This document shows, piece after piece, positions 20,201-27,716 of a stretch of DNA of 34,137 nt. Under the pieces are notes generated by a model. It was given only the letters and a program-made list of their open reading frames with translations. It searched no databases and was not told where the DNA came from. Numbering within the stretch: the stretch's first letter is position 1; each line of letters begins with the position of its first letter. The position numbers were made by a program, and so were the translations under genes. The DNA lies in contig MEDY01000326.1 of assembly GCA_001724265.1 (NCBI GenBank), forward strand, positions 1 to 34,137. Reading direction: 5' to 3'. Origin of the DNA: Rhizaria sp. SCN 62-66. Lineage: Eukaryota.

Positions 20201-21840
20201 GGCGGCGTGAGGCAGTACATGTGGTACCCGCGGTCGCAGCCGTCGCACAGCAGCATGAGTTCCGCGCGCTCGCCACCGCCGCACTCGGTGCACATGTACG
20301 TGTTGGCGTCGCTGCTCTCGGTCACGTACTTCGTCATCGCCGGCCGCCCGCTCGCGGTCGTGCCGCGCCCGCGCCGGGTGCCCCCGTGGGTCGTCTCGTC
20401 AGACTCGGCGGAGCCCAGCGCGCCCCCGGTCGCCGCGGCCGAGGCGCCGGCGCCGGCAGCGGCCCCCGCGAATGCTGCGGCCACAGCTGGGTCGTCTCCG
20501 GTCGCGACTGCGGCCGCCGCGGCCGTCTGTTGCACGAGCAGCCGCGCGTGCTGCCGGCGTAGCGCGCCCTCGGCCTCGGCGGCGGCCGCGGCGGCCGGCG
20601 GTAGTGCGGCTGCGCCCTCAGCGGCGCCCGCGCCCGCGCTGGCGGCGCGGCGCGCGTCGCGGCTGACGGGGCGGAACCCAGGGCGCGCAAGCTCCGCCAG
20701 CGTCGCTGCCGCAGGAACCGGGGCCAGCGCCGCCAGCAGGGCGGCGCCGCGCGCGCCGGCTGCGGCGGTCGCAGCGTACTGCACCGCGGCGGCGACGTCG
20801 GGCGCGCGCAACTCCGCGAACCCGCCAGCGCCGGTGTCGACAGCACCGTCGGCGGGCACCGCGGCGGCGGTGGCGTTGGCGACGCAGCGCGCAAGCAGCC
20901 GCTGCGAGGCCACGACCGAGGCGAGCGAGACGTCTACGCGCGGGCCCGTTCCCTCGGCGCCGGCGGCCGCGGCGGCCACGGCGGCGGCAGCGGGCGCGCC
21001 ACGCGCGGCGGCGGCCGTGACGGCGTCGGCAACCGCGGCGAGCTCGGCCTGGCAGGGCAGCGTGTCGGCAGGGGACAGCAGCTCCGCGGCGACCATTGCG
21101 GTCGACGCTGCGGCAGAGCGACCGTCGACGGCTGCGTCACTGGGCTCGACTGCGGCCGCTGACCGGGGCGAGTTCGACTGTGCGTTCGGCTGAGACTCGA
21201 GACGCAGTGCCGCTGCGGCGGTGTTGCTGTTCCTTAAAGGAAACGCGGCGCGCGCGGCCCGCCAGAGCGCGACCTCCGCGGTGCGCGCGTGTCCTTCGTC
21301 GACGTCGCGGCGCGAGAAAAAGCTCTCCAGCGCCTCGGGCACCGTCACCGTCGCCGCCGTCACACTCAGCGTGCTGAGAACGCGCAGCATCGAGACAGGA
21401 GTCCGCAGCGGGCGCGCGAGGGCGGCAGCGGAGAGGTGCGGCGCGAGTGCGGCGGCGGCCGGGGCGACGCCGTGGCGCGCCACGAGCTCGGCCTGGACCT
21501 CAATCGCATCGCTGCCATCGCCGTCATCGCTGTTATTGGACCAGGAGAGACTGCAGAGCACGGTGAGCAGCGGCGCGATGGCGGGAAACTCATCCAGCAG
21601 CGCGTCGCGCAGCGTAACGCCCTGGTGCAGCAGCGCAGCGCGCGCTTGGCGCGTGTGCGCCGCGAGCGCGCTCACTTCCCACGGTGACAAGTTCTGCGCC
21701 GCGCACAGGGCGTTGGTCAGGCTCTCGGCCTCCGTGTCCACTGCGCCACCCAGCGCGGCCGCCGCGGCCACGGCCAGGTCCGACTGCGGGGCTGCTGCAA
21801 GGCGCTTCACGCGGCCGCGGCCCTGGCCAGGCTGCTGCGA
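5227..21840 (-). CDS. KDM5: KDM5 exon 3, a 16.6-kb open exon (PHD finger, split JmjC, C5HC2 zinc finger, very long Ala-rich C-terminus)
   Basis: PHD [21 protein letters not shown].L...P...WFCQAC (about 20155-20295); IEYGSDV; JmjC [34 protein letters not shown] (about 18085-18205) and [29 protein letters not shown] (about 16900-16987); C5HC2 CAIC..C.C...CLYH...CGC (about 13820-13923); TAA at 5227. Confidence 0.92.
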   Translation of the reverse strand, partial: [5537 protein letters not shown]

Positions 21841-22019
21841 CTTCAAGGGGACAAGAGTAGCGAGGAAATCGAAAACAAATTAGTTAGTTCCGACACAGCA
21901 CATAAAAAGGAGAGATGATCAATAAGTACGACGAATGAGCATGAATAAAACAGAGAACATTGAAATAAACCACAATCAAAATGAAGAGAATCACAATAAA
22001 TCCTACTGTAAAGACGTAC
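21841..22019 (-). other. Predicted spliceosomal intron 2 of KDM5 (about 180 bp, phase 0)
   Basis: Donor AGT|GTACGT at 22019; CTAAC branch-like motif near 21883-21887; pyrimidine tract; three nearby in-frame acceptors (AAG 21841, CAG 21835, CAG 21832), so the exact 3' end is ambiguous. Confidence 0.75.
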
Positions 22020-23272
22020 ACTTTCATTTTGCCACTCTAGAAGATCGTGATCGAAGTTTGACAGTTTTCCCCTCTTCGCGGGCTTCTTCTGCGGCGACTG
22101 TTGTTGCTTGCGACCCTCGCAAGCACCGTCCTTGTTACCATTGCTATCATCATCGCGGTCGCGACTCTCTACATCAATGCCATTTTTAGGTCGAAACTTG
22201 CCATTTCTGCCGCGGTTTAGCTTTCTGTTCATGTGCATCTGCTTCCACTTCGAGAGGCGTGTGGCTAGAGCCTCCGCAGTGGATTTCCCGCCGCGGCCAA
22301 CGCGCTGCCGGTCGCCGCCGTGGTCGCTGGCTGCGGACTCAGCAGACTCTACCTCCGACTCTGACTCATGATCACGGTCGTTGTTGTCGTCATCAGCGCT
22401 TTGATGTGAATCCGCTGAGTTCCCACTCTGATGCTGCTGCTGCTGCTGCTGTTGCTCCCAGAGCACATCCGCGGCGCGCGCCGCGTCGGCGGCGGCGAGC
22501 TCTTCCCGCGCCTTGCCCGCGGGCCCGCGCCACTGCCGCGGCACGGCGGGGCGGCCCAGCGCGTCGACGTGGAACGCACCCGCGCCCAGCACGGCCACGA
22601 CGGCGCGCACCCGGTGCGGCGTGAGCGTGTCGGCCCCGCCTGGCGCGGTCCAGGCCGTCTCGTGCGGCGCGATGAGGTCCTCCCACACGCGGCGCAGCGG
22701 GGCCCGCGCGCGGACCAGAGCGACCGTCGCGGAGGACGCCGTGGCAGTGACGACGACGCCGCTGCTCGTGACCACGGACGCGGTCCTCTTCGCCGTCGAC
22801 GTCGCCGACGTGCTGGCACTCGCGCTGGCGCCGGAGGCGGTGACTGCGGCTGTGGCGGCGGTATCACTGTCGTCAATCGTATTGTCGCCGTCGTCGTTGT
22901 TGTTCTCGTTGTCGTGATTGTTGGTGTTGACATCGCTGTCGCTGCCGTCATCCATGTTCGCGCCTAAAGTGTTGCCCACTTCTGCAAGCGCGGTCGCGGC
23001 CGCGGTCCGGATCGTGCTGCTGCTTAGACTCGGCAGCAGAGCGACCTGCACTGATGTCGTGACGTTCCAGCTGGTCTGCGTATCTGGCGCAAGCAGGAGC
23101 GGGTGTGCGTGGCCTTGCTTCATCAACGCCGCCACCAGCGCGCTGTGCTGCGCAGGGTCCGTCAGCTGCGCCGGGGTGAGGGTGGCGAGGTCGGCGGCGA
23201 GCGGCTCCCAGAGGGCGGGGCCGTGGCACGCCAGCGACAGACGCAACTCGTTCGCCAACTGGTCAAAAAACG
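22020..23272 (-). CDS. KDM5: KDM5 exon 2 (end of ARID-like region, low-complexity linker, polyQ, basic patches)
   Basis: GC-rich portion of ORF 21843..23342, flanked by two AT-rich intron-like segments. Exons 1+2 total 2154 nt = 718 codons. Confidence 0.75.
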
Positions 23273-23431
23273 CTAAAAAGCAGAGACCAAGCGAGAAATA
23301 AAAACAAATCGTGAAGAAATAAGTAAGATTATAGAATAACACGTGAAAACTTTGATTATCATATAAAATAAATCACAGATGAAGCAAATTACGCGAAAAC
23401 GACAATTCAGAGTTTTGCTAGCAGTCCCCAC
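23273..23431 (-). other. Predicted spliceosomal intron 1 of KDM5 (159 bp, phase 1)
   Basis: AT-rich segment bounded by GAAG|GTGGGG and TTTTTAG|CG. Splicing joins the two ORFs in frame (IEFE-A-FFDQLANELR). The donor context is weak. Confidence 0.65.
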
Positions 23432-24332
23432 CTTCGAACTCGATGGTGTTCTCTCCGGGGCCTGGGCGCACATCCCCGCCGCCGAACTGCCTGATGACCG
23501 CGCAACGCAGGTAGAACACGTCCACGGGCGTGGCCTCGAGGAAGTGCGCCGCCAGTGCGCGCGGCGCGCGCACTAGCAGCGCTGCGAGCCTGATGCGCGC
23601 CGGGTGGGCGTCGTAGGAGCGCGGCGACCAGAGCGCGGCGGTAGCGGTCCGCGCGCGCGCCGCGTACACACGCCCGCTGCGCACGGCCACCAGCTGCTCG
23701 CGCCAGCCCCAGCCGATCGCGATGCCCGCGGCGCTCACGCGGGCCAGGCTCAGCGCGCCGTGAGCGTCGAGGAAGGCGCGCTGGAAGCGCCACCGCCGTG
23801 ACGCCGCAGTTTCGAGCGCGGCCAGCAGAGAGAGCACGCGCTGCATGTTGGCCTCGCGCAGCCGTGCGAGCTGCGCGCGCAGTGCGGCAGCGTCGTTGTC
23901 GTCGCGCGTCTGCAGCGCCGAGAGGTCCTGGTTCTTGGTCTGGAACGAGAAGGCGTCGGGGTCGGCGTTAAGTGAGGGCCGCCACTGCGGCGGTGGGACA
24001 ATCTTGCAGATGCCGTACGCCGCCGCCTCGGGCTGGATCGCGCGCACAAACGCCAGCGGGTCCGCGAATTGCGCCGCCGTGGGGTAGTACGTCGGCGCGA
24101 ACGGGATCGCGGCCACGCGTGCCGTGAGTTCCGCCGCAGACAGATTCTGCGGCCCGCCAGCGCTGCTGCCGGCGCCGTTGGCCGCGGTCGGCGCCGCAGT
24201 GGCCGTCGCCGAGGTCAGCGTCGCGGCCAGCGCGGCGGCCGTGTTGCGCATCGAGGCCGCTGCAGAGACGCCGCGCCTGCCTGGCTGCGGCGGCTGCTGC
24301 GGCTGCGGCTGCTGCTGATTAACAGAAGACAT
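23432..24332 (-). CDS. KDM5: KDM5/JARID1-family histone lysine demethylase, exon 1 (JmjN and start of an ARID-like region)
   Basis: ATG at 24332 with an in-frame stop upstream. JmjN motif APTYYPTAAQFADPLAFVRAIQPEAAAYGICKIVPP, followed by FSFQTKNQDLSAL; ARID-like VDVFYLRCAVIRQFGG. Confidence 0.88.
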
Positions 24333-26884
24333 AATCTTGTACAGGTGCAGCCGCGGCTGGAGCTGAAGCTGTTGCTACCGCTGCGACTGCTAGGATAAAC
24401 GTGGTGATCAGTAACGCAAGCACAGAAAAAATGCGCTCGCTGACTGCTGTTAAAGGATAGAGACTGTGAACAGCGCTTCCAGAGCCCAAGGGGACTGTCG
24501 CGTTGAGGGACTCGAACAGCAGACTGGATTGGGGAAAAAGAGACTGAAGAACAGGAAAGTGCTTTAAGTACGGGATTCGCTCTCGCGGGCACTTAAGGAG
24601 GAGGGACAAAGACCGGGGTCGTGGACAGGGTGGGCAATGTGTTAAAGAGGAGCGGTGAGAGAAACGCCAATCATGCTGATAGATGTGACGAATGGTGAGG
24701 CTGATGGGCCTTGAGGCGTGCTCTTGAGCGTAACAAGCTGTTAACCTGTTAAGGTATAATTACAGAAACGAATACTTGGGATAATATCGGCACATCTCAA
24801 TCTGACTAATGTACTGTTCACGGAAGAATGAACCCACCAGAGCTGCGCGCAATATGGCAATTTCTGGTCATGATTTGGTCATTGTCAAGCGACAGGATAT
24901 AGCGCACTACAGGCTTATCAACGAGTCACAACGAAAACGAAATTTAATAATTTGCATACAATAAGTAATTCTACCTCTTTTACAGGCTCTCTATGTGGTT
25001 GAATAGCCTTCAATTAATTTAATTTAGAGTCGTCCTGCTGACGGCTTGGAGCGGAGGAGAAGCAAGATCAGACCGCCCAACTTTCATCTCACTGTTCTGC
25101 ATAACCGATCCTACAACAAGTACAAAAATCTTATCAATGTTTTAAAAAACACTTTGAACACAAATTTCAGAACTTGAAATAAATATCCTCTTGTTTTTTG
25201 TATCGGTAAGTCCGCGAATGTGTTGGGCAAAGCGAGGTACACTGCACGCCCTGTGCCCCAGACCGACAAACTGAATGTTGTGTATTCTTGCTGATAAGCT
25301 GCCAGCTGGCGGATAAAAGCAACATAAATAAGATATTACAAAGTAACATTATAATATTTTGTTGTTGAATTTGTGATAACGCAATTGCGTGACTGAGAAT
25401 TCGCTTGAAAAACTAAGCACCCGGGCCAGCCGGCTGGCGGTTTATTTTTTCGGTCCCAAGCGTGACCCAAGAGGAGTGTGGTTGCCGGCTTTGTTGCTGT
25501 TGAACATAGATATTGCATTCGTCATATCAATTTGAGGCATAACATTGAAAAAAACTTAGAGAACCCCGACAGCGTGACATTTGTTTTAGTTGTATTAACT
25601 ATTTATGTGATGCAGGGTTGTCCAGTGAAGCACAGCCCAGTGCGGATGGTGGTGGGAGCGGCAGTGAAATGAGTGAGTTATCGAGCAAACACACGAATAT
25701 CTGAGTCGGGACGTGGACATATGCAATCGATCTGCTTAATTGCCGATCAGAGTAGCCCTCTTAGTCACGCAGACATTCACACTCAAGTGCGCAGTCAGCC
25801 ACGGAAAGTATCAGATCAGGCGCAAATCGAGGAGGATGCAGGGTGCTGTGAGGTGCAACGTAGTCGCAGTCAGAGTCAGATAAGAGCAATATATATGCAT
25901 ACACAGACAAAGATCCGCAAGTCTGCAAATAAAGGCACGTAAACACACGCGAACCACAGACAAAAAACGAAAGAAAGAGAAAATAACAAATCGTGCAAAA
26001 ACACGTCGGGCGCAAAAACAACGACGATATTAACGTCACACACGCAATGAGACACATCATGAGAAAATGTGCGCATGCGTTAAAGTGAAATAAGCTGAAA
26101 TGTAAAGAAAAAACAGAATATGAAAGAAACAAAGCTTAACATATCGGAGAGAAAACAAAACGTGTAAACAAATGAACACTAACGTCAGGCTCACAGTCAC
26201 TGCATGAGCAGGTGTTTTGCTGATGAGTTATTGAAGGTATTGCGATGTGATATGATGTGGCGAGTGAATGTGGTTGCGGCCTGAAGTAGGGGGAAAGCGG
26301 TGAGAAAAACTGGCGTGATGTGTGATGCTTGCTCGCGTACAGACTTGTCAGGCCTCGTCTCGACTCGCGTCTCTCACAAACAATAACACAGCGCAGACAC
26401 AGCGCGACACCATGGAGAAGTGTCAGCGTTCTTGTGTGCGCGCGTTTTCGAGTGTCAGGAAAAGCGACAGAGACTGATGACAAGCGTGCTGGCGCGAGCG
26501 AACAGTAGGGGAAATAAAACGGAGTCAAAAAACAAATCAAAGCGAGAGAAACTGAAAAACAACGAGGAAAAAAGACACCCAAGCGACGACGACTAGATAG
26601 CACCCTCAATGTTCACCTCGCAGTGCTGTGCAATGCCGTGCAGTGGACCGGAATGATGTGCAGTGAAGAGCTGCAACAGTTCATTCCGTTTAACACCGAC
26701 AATAAAGCACAAATAGACTTAGAAGTATGAAGCTGCGAAAGATAAACAAGAGGAGAGTGGCAAAAACAAAGGCGTCACAGTGATCAAGGTGCGTATAATT
26801 GCGTTGTTTGCCAAGTTGTGACCGTGCACGGAAGCCAAAGTTTGCTGCTGTGGCCGCCACAGTGACAGCGCGAGCGCGCGTGGG

Positions 26885-26931
26885 TGTGAGTAAGTGAATG
26901 AGCGAGTGAGTGAGTGGGTGAACGAGTGAAT
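26885..26931. repeat. Degenerate (GAGT)n simple repeat downstream of the MscS-like gene
   Basis: gtgtgagtaagtgaatgagcgagtgagtgagtgggtgaacgagtgaa. Confidence 0.6.
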
Positions 26932-27479
26932 AAGGTGTGGATTTGATGATAATTGTGCATATTACGAAAACATACATACAACGTCGGAGTCACACGGGCT
27001 GCTGAGTTACTGCTACGAGTAATGCGTGAGTGAGGAGAGTAAAGCAACAACAACTGCACGATGCAGTCGCGCGCGTGCAAGTGAGTAGGCGCCAAGTGGC
27101 GGGTGCACGGGACCGTAAAAGCAAAAAGTTGCGCAAAACTAAAAAAACGAAAGAGGATTTCGTCGCAATAGCCACCGGGAAAACTTTAAACAAGCGAGAA
27201 AAAAGCAACAAACACTGGAGTGTTTTGAAAGAAACAGGAACAGGAACAAAGCAAAAAGAACGGAGCAATGTCGGAAAGGTCTCATCTGCCGCAAAAATAA
27301 AGTTTTTTTTTTAAAGCGAATCAACAAGAAAGTGAAAAAGCAAAGGAGTAAAACTGGGAAGGCAAAGGTGGAAGAGGCAGCATTCGATGAAAGACGAAAC
27401 ACGCTAAGTTGGCGTGTTCATGAGGAGTGTGTTGCTCTTTCGACAGCGCCGCGTGTCACGTCGCACATAAATTGCGCGT

Positions 27480-27716
27480 TTATTCGTCATCACTGTCGTT
27501 GTCGTACACCTTGGCCGTCGTCATCACCGAGGCCTCGGGCACAGCGCCACTGGCGGAGTTGCTGCCGCTGAGGCTGACGGCGAGGCTCGTGAGGGACGGG
27601 CCGCGGCCGGCGGCCTGCAAAGACGCTGCACCGGAGCCGGCCTTCGAGGGGAAGTCGCCCGAGTTGTCCTCTTCGCTGTGGGCCGGCATGCGGTCCACTG
27701 GAACCTGGTCGGACGC
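27480..27716 (-). CDS. MscS-like channel, terminal exon (Ser/Ala-rich acidic tail)
   Basis: GC-rich block after the acceptor ACACAG|GCG. It reads ASDQVPVDR...YDNDSDDE* in phase 0, compatible with the upstream donor. Confidence 0.75.
   Translation of the reverse strand, partial: ASDQVPVDRMPAHSEEDNSGDFPSKAGSGAASLQAAGRGPSLTSLAVSLSGSNSASGAVPEASVMTTAKVYDNDSDDE

Noticed and set aside
5243-23301. Many long antisense and alternate-frame ORFs over KDM5 (e.g. 14339..16042, 11254..12675), and similar ones over DAHP, MscS and the carrier
   Set aside because: They are expected shadows of GC-rich, stop-poor coding DNA and contain no recognisable motifs.
21843-24332. ORFs 21843..23342 and 23418..24332 as standalone genes
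   Set aside because: They join in frame with the large ORF through GT-AG introns and supply its JmjN/ARID; their hydrophobic ends are translated intron sequence.
26221-26284. Possible C/D snoRNA (TGATGA ... CTGA)
   Set aside because: The C-box context is imperfect, there is no terminal stem and no recognisable rRNA guide; such short motifs arise by chance.
26649-26688. Hairpin as a SECIS element
   Set aside because: ATGA pairs by Watson-Crick with TCAT instead of forming the GA quartet, and no neighbouring gene has an in-frame TGA.
25167-27402. Short Phe/Leu/Cys-rich or Lys-rich ORFs in the intergenic gap
   Set aside because: They are artefacts of A/T strand skew and lack the codon bias of the real genes.
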